From NCBI RefSeq assembly GCF_009914755.1, contig NC_060930.1: a stretch of 64,000 nt of DNA, one strand, 5' to 3'. This document shows, one piece after another, positions 1 through 12,899 of the stretch. The position numbers were made by a program, and so were the translations under genes. A model generated the notes under the pieces. It saw only the letters and a list, made by a program, of their open reading frames with translations. It did no database searches and was not told the origin of the DNA. Each line of letters begins with the position of its first letter. Positions within the stretch are counted from its first letter, which is position 1. The DNA comes from the human T2T-CHM13v2.0 reference genome, Homo sapiens.

Positions 1-348
1 TGGCCTCCGAGAAGCACTGAACACAGACAGTTTCAACTTCCAGCCAGGTTCTTATTTATTTATTTTACTGCCTCAGCAGCAAAATGAGTTATTGAACCAT
101 TCAGCCTATTGATTGGGGCAGCTTTTCCCCTGCATTTCTCGGACACCTGAAGCCCCTCTGGAACTGGTGGCAGCCCAGAGGTCTTTTGTTAATGGTGAGT
201 TCTCACCAGGGAAGCCAGGCAGCATCAATCCTCCAGCCAGCAGGGCCTGGGGCCTGGGCTGTGGTCAGGCACAGCACCCCACAATGGTGGTTCTTGCAAA
301 GTCTTTGAATTTGTGAAGAAAATGATACTCGGGCCCTCTTGCAGGGAA

Positions 349-355
349 ACACACA

Positions 356-432
<77 letters not shown>
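349..432. repeat. Compound microsatellite (AC)~30(AG)12
   Basis: Read directly: AC run 349-408 with one AT interruption, then AG run 409-432. Confidence 0.97.
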
Positions 433-664
433 CTTTGGATGCAATATAGTCGGGGAGCCGGACTCCCAGGCTAAAAACATTTGATCGAAGTTTATTCTGT
501 TTGGAACTAGTTTCTTAGTTTTGAAAAAAAAGTAAATAAACCTCATATGTGCCCAGGATTTGACAATCTACAGTCCTAGGAACTTCCTGACCCAAAGGAA
601 AATTACATTTCACTTCTGCTTCCTGAGAGACCTCACAGCCCCCTTGGACATTTCAGGCCTTCTC

Positions 665-889
665 TAAGAATGGTGAACTCGACAGAGACCATACCATAAT
701 GTCTTCAGCCTGTTGGATATTGCACAGTCTGTGAACTAAGAATGGTTTTTAGATTTTTAAGTATAAAAAAGATGATTAGCCTTTTGGGGGAGGAGGGCGG
801 TTGCTTGAGGAGTTGAAGATGTTGCTTCTTGGCTTGAAAAGCCTAAAATATTTGTTGTCTGGCCCTGTACAGAAGTTTGCCAGCCCCTA
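665..889 (+). mobile_element. MER58-like hAT-Charlie MITE remnant
   Basis: Diagnostic segments 'gaactaagaatggtttttagatttttaa' and 'aagcctaaaatatttgttgtctggccctgtacagaagtttgccagcccct'; boundaries approximate. Confidence 0.55.
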
Positions 890-3029
890 GGTACTTCTGT
901 GCTGGCAGAGGGGCAGTATGTTCAGAGGCTTCCAGTTGGCTTTTTCCACTATGGTAGCTCTTACCCCACAGAGCAAGGACACAGTGTGTGGGTCCTGGGC
1001 ACCTGTCAAGTCTGTCTATCCCAAGTATATGTTCAAAGACCAGGGAAATGACTGCCAGGAGGGGTCTATGGGCCCAGTGGATCCACTATGAGCAGGACCT
1101 GGGCCAAGACTCCATTTATTACATGGTCCCCATATGTTCTGAATCTAGGGTAGAGGGCAGCATTGCTTTGTGTCTCTATGATGTCAGCTTAGACTCTGTG
1201 TCCAGCAGTTTTCAAAATGTTTGGGTACTTGCCTTTCCTCAGTGTACAGTTATCCAAGTAAATGTCCCTTTGAGGAAGACTGGATGAATCATTACCATGT
1301 TTACTTGCCATGGTGTTGCAGGCACTGCCCTCCCTCCTCCTGCCCTCCCTCCCTTCCTTCTGGGAACCCAGACTCTCCTTCAGTCAGTGGGTTCTGGATC
1401 CAAAATGTGGATCAGAAAGGATGGTTTCGGGGGCACAGCTCTTGGCCTCCAGTCCACCCACCTTGATTTCTTTGACTGCACAGATGCAATGCTATCCTTA
1501 CTGGCTGCCCATTTATTTTGCCCCGCAGGGCACTGTGTTTTATAAATTCTTTCCCTCACTCCCTGTGGGTCAGGCCCCAGCTTCTTGCCACTCGCTGTGA
1601 TGATTGTCTCCCACAGATGGGGTCACGCTGTGAAGTGTCCTTGGGTGCTTCAAGGTCCCTCTACCTGTCAGTGGTAGGTAGTGCGTCCCTCTACCCTTCA
1701 TTGAGCCCAGCTCTGGGGCAGCGTCTCCTGCAGAGCCACCACCGGCCTCCTGAGTGAAGCTGGTGCCCTCTCCCCAGCACGTCCCTTAGCGCTTGGTGAA
1801 CACTGTGTCCCCTGGTCTTTTCCATGGAATGCATCCCACTGCTGGGTTTCCCAGCCTCATGGAGCAATACACTTGAGCATGCACATGCCTCTGAGCCTTT
1901 CTTCCCTTCCTCCACCTTCTGCTGCTGAAATTCTGGCATATCCGCCTCACCCAGTGCAGCTGTCACTATCCCACGTTATTTGGGGCCATCCTCATAGTAT
2001 ATCTACACCTGGGATTCTTACCTGGGTGTTCCATCCTGAATCCAGAAAGAGTACACCCAAATCAATAACATTTCCTTGGCATTTTCCATTACTGATTATT
2101 TCCAAACCAATAACATTTCCTGGTAGCTGTTACCCCATAGGCCAAGGACCATGTTCCAAACCTCATGCTCTGCCTCCCATCCAGCACCCTCAGGACCCAG
2201 CCCACCCATACCCTTTCCTGTCTTGCTGCACCACCTGGCTGGGTCCTGCAACTCCTTCAAGGCACAGTCCCTTTACCCCTTTTCAGGCCCAGCATGGCCC
2301 TGGCTGGGTTATGTTGTGACTCACCCCTAGTTCTAGGACTTGTGGCCAGTGGGCAACAGGGGTTGGATCCTGAGGCGGGGGCACATGCTTTGTGGGGAGA
2401 CACCTCTGTACCGTCTTCAAGTAAGGGGTTGGTAGGGAGAGTCCACTTCTGTCAGCCTAATCTGGGCCTTCAAGGTCTTCAGAAACATCTACCCAGATGC
2501 CGTCATTGTGTGTGTCAGGGTTCCATTCTCTCCCATGCACGGCCCTGGCCCTGGCACAGCAACCTTACCTTGTTAAAAGTGTGACCCTCTCTGAAACTCA
2601 GCTGCTCTCCAGATGAAGTTCTTTGTCTGGTGTACAGCCTTCTCTGCCCTCCCACTTCAGGAGATTTGAGCCTTTTTATAGGCTTCCAGGAAGTCCTCTA
2701 GCTTTCAAAACTATCTCTTAGTTGCTGGTTAATCACACTCAGCTTTTTGTTTTCTTTTTCCAGAAGTCAGTCAGTTTCAGTAGTAGCCACCCAATTCTGT
2801 TGTCCTTATATCATAGTAATAATTTCTCTCATATTTCTCAGATGCCTGCTGCATTGCACCAGCTAATGTATTCCCTACCACTGATGTGCAATCCTGTCTC
2901 ACCACTGGTTGAATTTCCAACAATTGTCCTTTCATCTTGGGCCAGCAGCTCTCTGGCCTCCACTTCCCACTAGCAATGGGGTTTTCATCATCAGTTTGCT
3001 GGTAGGTGACCAGCTCCAATAACCTATCT

Positions 3030-3481
3030 TATGTCTGCTTTCTCGGACGATATCTGGCACCAACTGTCACATGGGTTCCCTGGGAGGCAGACTCTGAGAT
3101 GGAGAGTATCATGTAAGATGTTTATTAGGAAGTGTTCTGAGGAGTCATACCTAGGGAAGCAGGAGGAAGGAGGCAGAACTGGGCAGAGGAAGAAGTCAAG
3201 CTATGATGCAGCTCCAACTAAGGCCCCAGCTGACAGCCCCCACTAGGAGCTCTAGAGCTGGAAAAACCTTTAGTGCCATCCCTGCTGGAGTCTTTTGTGA
3301 CCCTCCATCATTGGGTGTGAGCCACCCTGGAAAGGGTGAGTAACTTTGTTGAAGAAGGAGGCTCGTTTTAGCTTAGGCGCTTTGACATCTGAGGGCTGTC
3401 ATCTGGCAGCACTTCCAGAAGCTGGGGGAATAGTCATTCATTCCTGGAGGAGTTCTGGGCAACACACTACAGTATCCACTA
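3030..3481 (-). mobile_element. Old ERVL solo LTR (LTR16-like)
   Basis: 'gggttccctgggaggcagactctgagatggagag...tttattaggaagtg' resembles the reverse complement of an LTR16-type 3' end. Confidence 0.45.
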
Positions 3482-3599
3482 CCTGCTCTGCCATCCCAGT
3501 CTGTCTAACAGCTGTGGCCTTGGATAAAGCCTTTAATCTTTCTGATCCTCAAATTCTCTTACATAAAAAAAAGATTTAAATTAACATATGCCCATTTCA

Positions 3600-4870
3600 G
3601 AAAATTATAGAAAATATAGTAATGTAGAAAGAAGAGAGTCTCCTGTAGTCTCAGTACCCAGAGATAGATGTCCCCACCCTGAAGTGTGTTTCTTGTATTT
3701 TTGCTCCACTTAATATAGTGGTAACCAAGTGCGATGTTGAATTTTGTGTTCTCATTTTCACTTAACATTGTGAAATCAGCATTATCAGAAACTTCTAGTA
3801 AACACTGATGTTAAAGGTAAATTCTTTCTGATTAAAAAAATAATGGCTAGTCGTAAGAGAACATTATGGAAAAATTATACATTATCTCTCTTTAGAAATA
3901 ACCATGACTAAAATTTTGTTACACAGCTCTCCAGTTTTACTGTGTGTGTTTATAAATAAAATTAGGGAATGTTTTCTAAGATTCTAATGTTATTGTTTCA
4001 ATCTATTTTTTTGCTTTATAGCTTGAACATCCCTCTGACATATTACATATTTGTCTATACCATATACAACCACTTTAATAACTGTATAATATTCTATTGC
4101 ATAAAAAGATATGGAATCAACTTAAGTGCCCATCAATGGGCACTTATTGCACACACACAAACACACACATACACATACCATAAAATACACACACACATAT
4201 ATATTTATATATATACATACACAAACACATACACATACCATGGAATACTACTTAGCCATAAAAACTGAAATTGTGTCTTTTGTAACATTGGTGGGACTGG
4301 AGGCCATTATCTTAAGTGAAAAAATTCAGAAACAGAAAGTCAAATACCACATGTTCTCACTTATAAATGGGAGCTAGACAAGGACATATAGATTGATAAT
4401 AGACATTGGAGACTCAGAAGGGTAGGAAGGTGGGAAGGAGGTGAGGGATGAGAAATTACCCAATGGGTGCAATGTACACTACTAAAATAATGCTTACACT
4501 AAAAGCACTGACCTCACCACTATGCAGTATATCCATGTATCAAAACTGCATGATACAGTACCCCCAAATCTATAAAAATAAAAAAACTTAACTCTATTGC
4601 ATATGGGTGTGTGTATACATATATATATCTATGTATACATAAAACATAGCTTAATTCATCTCCTTTTAAAACATCTTTCCTAATATAAATAATTTTCTGA
4701 TGAAGATCCTTACTTGTAGATCTTTGTGTTCATCTCTGATTCCTTCCTTGGGATAAAACCTTAGAAGCAGAATTATTGGGTGAAGTCTTTGAACATTCAA
4801 GTCATTTGATATATACTGCCAAATTACCCTCTTGAAAAGTTGTACAAATTTACTCACGACTAGAAGTACA
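3600..4870 (-). mobile_element. Ancient L1M fragments, interrupted by the L1PB insertion
   Basis: 'gggataaaaccttagaagcagaattattggg...atactgccaaattaccctc...gttgtacaaatttactc' is antisense L1M ORF2 end/3' UTR. Confidence 0.5.
4104..4592 (+). mobile_element. 5'-truncated L1PB-like 3' end with TSD
   Basis: ORF2 C-terminal remnant (LEAIILSE...KYHMFSLINGS), L1PB-type 3' UTR and A-tail; exact TSD tctattgcata at 4093-4103 and 4593-4603. Confidence 0.87.
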
Positions 4871-4934
4871 TGTGGGCAATTGTCATGCTTTCGTATTTCT
4901 ATATTAGTTTGTACACTAGAGATGCTAATTATGG

Positions 4935-5638
4935 TGCCTGCATATGCCTAGAGTCCCTTATAAGGGAAGCTTCTCAGCCACAGTTCATATTGAAGAGGTA
5001 CGATATGCAGTGATGTTTCTTTAATAACCCATCCCTTCCCTAGGGATGGCTCACAGAAGGGCAGGCAACCCATAGGCTTAGCAGCACCCTATGGTAATTA
5101 CTGGCACCTAGAGGCTCAGCCCTAACAGTGGTGGTTACTACTCACTGGACTATTAATTTTAGAAATATTAAATGGAAACATGAAACCTGTTATTTACCAA
5201 CGAGAGTTAAAGTTTAAATGAAAGTACCAGTGACATCATGATGGGTCACAGCAAGTCAAAGTCATAAGGAACCAAAAACGATGAATAGCATAAATAAGTT
5301 AAAACTATCATCAAGAAAAGCAGAAGCTGTGAGGTGGAGAGAAGAGATTCCAGGTGGTAGATAAGGAAGTCAGTTTTACTCAGGAAGTTGGGATTGAAAC
5401 AGAGAGGGAAAGAGTCGCTAGTACTCATTAATGACAGAACAGTATGGTGATGAGCCTTAATTTCATGCCCCTAAAGCCCCTGGGACTGCCTTGGACAAGC
5501 TCCTGTTCTCCTGGGGCCTGGCCAAGCCCAGCTCCTGTTCTTTGTTGTTACACCTACAACCCCAAGGACATTTTAATATAACTCCCCGATTCCCACTGGT
5601 CTGAGTTTATCTTAGAACCAGAAGCGCCTAAAATAACA
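4935..5638 (+). mobile_element. Possible very old LTR remnant (LTR78/79-like)
   Basis: LTR-like 3' end '...agaaccagaagcgcctaaaataaca' between L1M fragments; weak recognition. Confidence 0.25.
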
Positions 5639-5914
5639 TGAATGATTCATGAGCATCCCTGAATCTACTGGAGACTCTTAGGTTGTTTACTTTTATCTTT
5701 ATTGTTTGTCACTGTAAATGAGGCCAGGATGAACATCTTTGTACATTAAATCGTGTGTGTATAGCATCCTTCCCTTAATCAAGATGACCACAGCAAGAAA
5801 TTTCACATCAAAGGGCACAAACACTGAGTTTCTATTATTATTAAAAAACAAGAGCTAATGGGAGACAGGGAGAGGGCAGGCCATATCAGTCTCTAAGGCC
5901 TCATGAATTTCTAA

Positions 5915-6410
<496 letters not shown>

Positions 6411-6601
6411 TAAAATTTCACCAATTAAATAACTTCCCTGATTGGAATGGGAGAAAGTGAGCAGAAGACTTTACTGTATGTACATGTATATTTATATGTA
6501 TACCAATGTCTATGTCTACGTGAATGTCTCCATCTCCAACTAGCCCATATCAATGAGTATATGTGTAACTGAAGAAGTAGGTGTTTTAGAATTTTTAAAG
6601 G

Positions 6602-6648
6602 GAGAGAGAGAGAGGGAAAGAGTGAGTGAGAGTGAGAGAGAGAGAGAC
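6602..6648. repeat. Imperfect (GA)n/(GAGT)n simple repeat
   Basis: Read directly. Confidence 0.85.
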
Positions 6649-7330
6649 AAGGAGGTCAACAGCGCCCAGGCCTGTTTTTTGCTTGACATCTTGATGATCA
6701 TGCATCGAGGTCTGCTCTAAATTATAATTTTTAATCTCAGTGATGTTTCTCAGCTCTGAAAAGCATCAGAGGAGTTTCGATTTGTGCCATGGCTATGAAA
6801 AAACTGTCTCTGGAGAGTTGTCCACCTGTTAGTCCCAGTATTTATATATAAGGTATTCCTCTTGTTCTGAGATTCTAACAATGCTATACTTTATAAATCA
6901 TGTTCCTCTTTCAAAGATCAAAAAATTAGAAATTCTCCTACCATACTTGCTTTTTATATTTTGACTTTTAATAATCTTCTCTAATATTGTTATTTGATTT
7001 CAAATTGAACACAGAATCAATTCGATTAAGCACAAGAAGTGTCTGATGAAAGATTAGGATTCACTGCTTTGGAACCACTCAATAATTTTCATCTTTGCCA
7101 CAAATATGTTAAGTTTAGGAGGCCAATAACTAAATTTCCCACTTTCCACCAGCTTTAAGACAGAATGGGGTTCAAGTACAATGAAGTGGCCCCATGTGAA
7201 GCCTAAGGATAGCAACACTGCAGAAACTGAACTGGCAGAAGCACAGCACAGAACATCTCAGAGTGTTTGCTCACCAGCTGATGCTCAGCAATTCAAAACT
7301 CTGAGCCCAAGGATCCGTTTAGAGTGTTGA

Positions 7331-7351
7331 TGTGTGTGTGTGTGTGTGTGT
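7331..7351. repeat. (TG)10 microsatellite
   Basis: Read directly. Confidence 0.9.
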
Positions 7352-8504
7352 ATTGAATGAAGTCAGAACACACTAGTCAGGGACAGAGAGCCACCTGATA
7401 AACTGATAACTGTGTCCAGGGTAGATTTGGGCTAAGCTTTTTGTAGTTATAAAAAAAACTAAGAGAGTCAGAAAATTATATAATATTTACTTATCTTTAC
7501 TTTTCCCAAACCATATAGTTTTTTAGATAAGAAAAGTTCCTCTAGTAATACTCCATGTTTAAAGAAACACAAGCCCTAAGTGCAAATTAAATGCGCTTGT
7601 CACCCTGCTTAACTCTTCTAAAGGTCACTTAATAAATCATTGGCTATTCAGCACTCTCACTCACGGACAGCATCTACCCTGGGACATTTTCACACTCTTG
7701 CCCCTTCTGTTAATTTCTCAGAGAAAAGCTACTAATGATCTCCACACTAACCCTCTGAGAATTACCTGTCTTACTGCCTCCATACGGAGCCCTGCCTTGG
7801 TCCCCCAAGCCAAGGTCCAGTCCCAGTACACCCTTTCCCTGTTAAATGGCTCTCGTGGTTTCTGGAAAACAAAGGCACACATGTCTCTGTTGTTGCAACT
7901 AGCACCTGCCTCAGTTACTTCCTTGTGTGGGAACTTGCAAAGGCCATGCATTAGCTTTTATAAAGCATAGACTTTTCCTTCGTGTACTTCTGAGAATCAC
8001 CAAGGAAAACAATTTCCCCTTTAAATAGGGTAATTTGGATCCCTTCAGGATCCACCTCAGGTGGTGTGGGCAGAGGGTCGCTGAAACTGCTCAAGAATTG
8101 TTCAACAATAGCCAAAGTGGGTCCGGTCAAATGGGTCTGCTACTAGCCTCCAAGCAGGGCTTCATGTCCCAGGCTGTTGTCTTGCACAGGTTTCTTTATG
8201 TTGCTACAGTGTTTGCACTTCACTGTAAGCCCCTAAGAGGAAAGGGTTCTGCTTAGCAGAGAATCCTGAGACATTCTTTGTGAAAGCTCTATGTGATACA
8301 GAAAGAATTCTCTTCTCTCTGTGTCATCGAGGGAAAGAGGCAAACTGTTGGTGAATGCCAATCATCACAAAAAAAGAAGGACTTCATTTGTAATGGTGAA
8401 TGAAGGCGGACAAGATTCTGGCAAGAGGGAGTTCTCTGGAATATGTTGGTTATCAGATCCCTTGCTTCTTAAAAACACTATCCACGTCAGCCTCCCTGGT
8501 AGAA

Positions 8505-9432
8505 AATGGTGTGGCACGTTCTGTGGATTAGACCATTCAGCAGCCAGCCCCTCCTCCTCATGGACTGCTCTGCGCCGCAGCACTGGAAGGCTAAAATCTA
8601 TGCCTCACATTCCCTGCTGCCAGGATTGGGAGGCGAATTAAGTCTTCCCAGTTAGATGCTGTATTATTTATCTATTGCTGAGTAACAAATTGCTCCAGAA
8701 GTCAGCAGCTCACTATAGTAAACATTTCTTCTCTCCCCTGGTTCTGTGGGTCAGCAGTCTGGGAGCAGCTTAACTGGGTGGTTCTGGCCCAGGGCCTCTC
8801 ACGAGGCTGTAGTCAGCTGTCAGCTGGAGAAGCTGCCTCCACGCTTACTCACACGGTTGTTGGCAGGAGGCCTCAGTTCCTCACCACGTGGGCTTCTCCC
8901 CAGGGCCGCCTGAGTGTCCTCAAGACAAGGCAACCGGTTTCCCCCAGAACAAAAGACCTGGGAGAGAAACAGACTATGAGTCCCTTACTGAGATAGAAGT
9001 CACAGTGTCTTCTGAAACCCAGTCTTATAAGTGGCACACCCTCACTTCTGCTGTATTCTGTTGCTCACACAGACCATCCCTGGTACCATGTGGGAGGAGG
9101 CTACACAAGGGCGTGGACACCTGAAGGCAGGGACCGCTGGGGCCATCACAGACGGGCCTGTGAAGCATGTCCAGACTTGTCTTCATGGATCTGAAAGGCA
9201 TTCTTGTGGCTGTGGTGACCAGCTCAGCTCTGTCTGGTCCTCGGCTTCCTAGTGGTGGGATCACTCGCTTCCCGATCTCTGCATCTCAGCTGTGGCTTCT
9301 TACTCTTGAGCTCAGCAGTTCCAAGGCCATCTCCTGGAGTCCTTCCTCCAGCCCTTCCAATGCATTACATTTTCTTTCCTTAAAAATAGCTGAAGTGGTT
9401 TCCTATTCCTGGAACTGGACCATGGCTGATAC
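8505..9432 (+). mobile_element. LTR33-like ERVL LTR split by an MLT1 insertion
   Basis: 5' part 'cacattccctgctgccagg...cccagttagatgc'; 3' part 'ccagcccttccaat...aaaatagctgaagtggtttcc...ggctgataca'. Confidence 0.5.
8659..9150 (-). mobile_element. MaLR LTR (MLT1F/G/H-like)
   Basis: 'tgtattatttatctattgctgagtaacaaatt...ttctgtgggtcagcagtctggg...ggctacacaagggcgtggacacc'. Confidence 0.75.
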
Positions 9433-9504
9433 AGGCGGGTATCAGCCTGCCAAGGAATAACAGCAAACATTACCATGCAATATGTAAGTATGTTACATTC
9501 ATTC

Positions 9505-9620
9505 ATCAGATTTTACAGATGTGGAAACTGAGATGCTGGGAAATTAAGTGAACAGCCCAGGCTCACACAGGCAATGAAAACTACAGCTGGATTTCAGAGC
9601 CCACACTCTTAATGCTGCCA
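9505..9620 (-). mobile_element. MIR
   Basis: MIR core 'ttttacagatgtggaaactgag...aattaagtgaacagcccagg'. Confidence 0.65.
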
Positions 9621-10055
9621 CATTGGGGCCACTCAGAAGGTTGCATCTTATGTGGCTTTCCCTTATAAGGGAAAAGGGCTAAAAGGACTTTGGTGTCCGT
9701 TCAAAAGGCTGATGAGATCTTGGGTTTCTTCATAAAATCATTTTTTATTTTTATGAGACATCTGGCAGGTAATAATTTATTGTCAGGAATCTCAAACCCC
9801 AGGCAAAATACTGCACCAGGGTAACAGCCAAGGCCAGTAGGTGAAGGCCAGCAAGGCCAACCTCTCATTTCTCCTACTGACATCTGAGTAGGTGTCCCAA
9901 CATCAGGGAACACATTTTAAATATTTTTTGAAAAATTTTACCCAAGACCCAATTTTGTTCAGACTTTACATTGACACAAATTACCCTTACTCTGCATTAA
10001 ATATTACTATCATTTCTATAGAGTCATAGCAATCAAGTTCCAGTGAAACCCACTT

Positions 10056-10547
10056 GCTACCATAAAGACACATGCATGCATGTGTTCATCACAGGACTGT
10101 CCACAGTAGCAGAGACAAGAAATCAACCTAGATGCCCATCAGCAGAGGACTAGATAAAGAAAATGCGGTACACTGGCACCATGGAATAGTATCCAGCCAC
10201 GAAAAAGCATGCAATCATATCCTTTGAAGCAAGATGGATGGAGCTGGAGGGCATGATTTTAAGGAAACTAATGCAGGGACAGAAAACCAAATACAACATG
10301 CTATCACTTACAAGTGGGAGCTAAACATTGAGAACGCATGGACATAAAGAAGGGAACAACAGACTCTGGAGCCTACTTGAGGGTGAAGAGTGGGAGGAGA
10401 ATGAGGATAGAAAAACTACCTATCCGGTATTCCTATTGGGTATTATGCTGATTACCTGGGAGACAAAACCCCTGCAACATGCAGTTTACCCATGTAACAA
10501 ACCTGCATGTGTATTCTTGAACCTAAAATAAAAGTTAGAAAGAAAAA
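10056..10547 (+). mobile_element. 5'-truncated old L1PA (L1PA13-16-like) 3' end
   Basis: L1 ORF2 end and 3' UTR '...catgtaacaaacctgcatgtgta...aacctaaaataaaagtt'; 'cccactt' on both flanks may be a decayed TSD. Confidence 0.87.
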
Positions 10548-10989
10548 TATCCCACTTTCTTATGTATCTCCTATTATGGGAATCACAGGGCCTCTGGGTA
10601 ATTCCTGAAATACAGGGCTTTACGTACGAATTTACACTCAACAAGTTTTTCTTGAGCATATACTATGCTCTGCACACTCAGCATAACAACCAGGGGTAAG
10701 GAAAGTCTCTGACACAACCCAAAGCAGGCCATAGGCTTTAAGTGCAGTGGCATTAGGACTTGGAGGTATGGGCAGATTGACCACTCGAAGAGCTCAGCTG
10801 TCACATCAAGGCTGAGGGCTGAAGGTCACTTCTCATGAATGGAATACTGGATGTATCATAGGGGAGAACACTGGATGCATTCCAGGAAACATTAATAGAA
10901 AAAAGAAGTCCTAACAGTGGCTTTTTTGTATAAGCAAAATCGAGTAGGTAATTAAGGCAGAAAAGAACTTGAAGATGATAACTATGATA

Positions 10990-11210
10990 ATCAAACTGAC
11001 CACTTGTTGAGCACTTGCTGCATACCAGGAATAAGTGGATTGCGGACATTCTCGAATCGAATACTCACTTCATGAAATGGGTTCTATTAGTATCCTCATC
11101 CTAAATATGGAGAAACAGAGGCTGAGCAGCTTAAGGTAGTACAGCTGATTGTTCAGGAAGCCAGAAACGAAATTTGGGTTGGTCAAACCCTAAAACCTAT
11201 GTGCTTAATC
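10990..11210 (-). mobile_element. MIR
   Basis: 'ttattag/tatcctcatcctaaatatggagaaacagaggctgag' MIR core. Confidence 0.55.
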
Positions 11211-11624
11211 CCCAAATACTGGGCTGGTTGGCCCAGATCACCCAAGAAAATTGTTCACACCAATTGATGCCATCCCTGTGTTTGTCTTGACCTCAACTGA
11301 TAAATGCACCTGCTGTTATGCCCAGCCCCAGCCTCTGCTTTGAAGAGGTTGAGAAAACTGTGATTTCTTTTAGTACCGCACAGTAAACACTAGGTAGGAA
11401 AAGGATATGTTGGTAATTTTTCTTTAACCACTTAGCTCTTGCCATCATGTTGTAGTTTAATTAAGCTGGCCTCCTGCAGAATTGTTCAGCTGAGACCATT
11501 GGTGGGGACACAAATTGATCTTTTTGGTCTTGGGTTTTTCTGAGTTAATCTTATTCATGTCCATCCACAAGATGCTGTTTCCATTTGTATAGCTGAACTA
11601 AAAAAGAATAACTCCCTGCTCTAT

Positions 11625-11780
11625 TCAGTGAGCAGTACAGAGATGCATGTGAATCTTCGAGGCAGATTCCTGGGTCTCATGCCAGTACTACTAAATCAAA
11701 ATCTTTGGGAGAGTGGCCCAGTGATCTGCATTTAAGCAAGCATGTCCGCTGAGTCCCATGCCGCACAGTGAAACCCTGGG
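11625..11780. mobile_element. MER5A-like hAT MITE
   Basis: 'gcagattcctgggtctcatgccag...actaaatcaaaatctttgggagagtggccca...atctgcatttaa'. Confidence 0.55.
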
Positions 11781-11809
11781 ATAGGGTCAAAATGCCTCAT
11801 CATACTTTA

Positions 11810-12010
11810 ATCAGCTGAGGTCACTTGGAAGCACAGTCCTAGGTTCAAATCCTGCCTGTGCCACTTACAACCTTACGTAAGTCACGTACCCTCTCTTAGC
11901 TGCTATTTTCTTATCTATAGAATGGAATTAACAATACTATCTCCCTCAGGATAAAATTATTATAGATTAAATGAGAAATTACTTCTAAAGCATTTAGCAC
12001 AATTCCCAAC
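11810..12010 (+). mobile_element. MIR
   Basis: 'ctaggttcaaatcctgcctgtgccacttac...ttttcttatctatagaatgg...attaaatgaga'. Confidence 0.65.
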
Positions 12011-12899
12011 TAACAAATTGTTGTTGCTGCTGCTGTTTTGTTATTGGAGCACTTCCATGATTCCTGATACAGCTAGTCCATATTCTTAGTCCTTAATACT
12101 TTGTCATAATACATGCTATAGTAGAACATCTTGAAGTTGTGTGTGTGTGTTCAGTGTGTTTTTATGACACAACAGTAAAACATCTAGGGATTCTAAAGAA
12201 CCAAAAGCTGGGCCTTCATTCATTAAATCAAAAATTGTTCACCAATATATGTCACACTATGCTGTATTGTGAGCATAGCAAGATGAATATGACACACAGT
12301 ATTGGAGCTTAGAAGAGGAGACACACCTACACATCCTGCTTTAATATTACTTGACAGGAAATAACAATTTAGGCCTGTTTCTAGTGAAAATTTTTATATT
12401 TATTAACATAAAAACGTGTCATAAAGGTTTAACACTTGGAGGCTGTGACACGGAGCACTTACTATGTACAATTCTTATCACACCTTTATGTTGGTTCCAG
12501 TTCTGACAGTCACAACATATGGGACATAAGGGGACAGAAGTGACTTTCAGAGAGTTGAGAAGAGTCAAAGGCCATCACTGACCTGGTACATGGGTCCCAC
12601 AGGGATCAGTTTGTTTTCCTTGAAATTATGCCTTTATCCAGGTCATTTTCACTGCCTGGAATGTCTCTTTCTCTTTTTCTTCTCTCATCCACATGTTAAA
12701 AATTATTCAGACCCTGCTTCCTCCATGGATCCTCCCCGACTACCTTCGACCATCATGGGCCTCCCTCTCCTTGGAACTCCCTTTCTGTTATATATCCACC
12801 AAATATTCATGAGATGCATTATTCATGAAATGCCTCCTTGTCCCAATCTGTCATGTATCCATCAAATATTCATGAACTGCCTTATTGGGAGCGCATACG

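Noticed and set aside
203-546. Cys-Val repeat ORFs
   Set aside because: Translation of the (AC)n(AG)n microsatellite.
1873-2584. 148-aa and 139-aa Pro/Ser-rich ORFs
   Set aside because: No recognisable domain and no convincing exon structure; consistent with chance ORFs in C-rich DNA.
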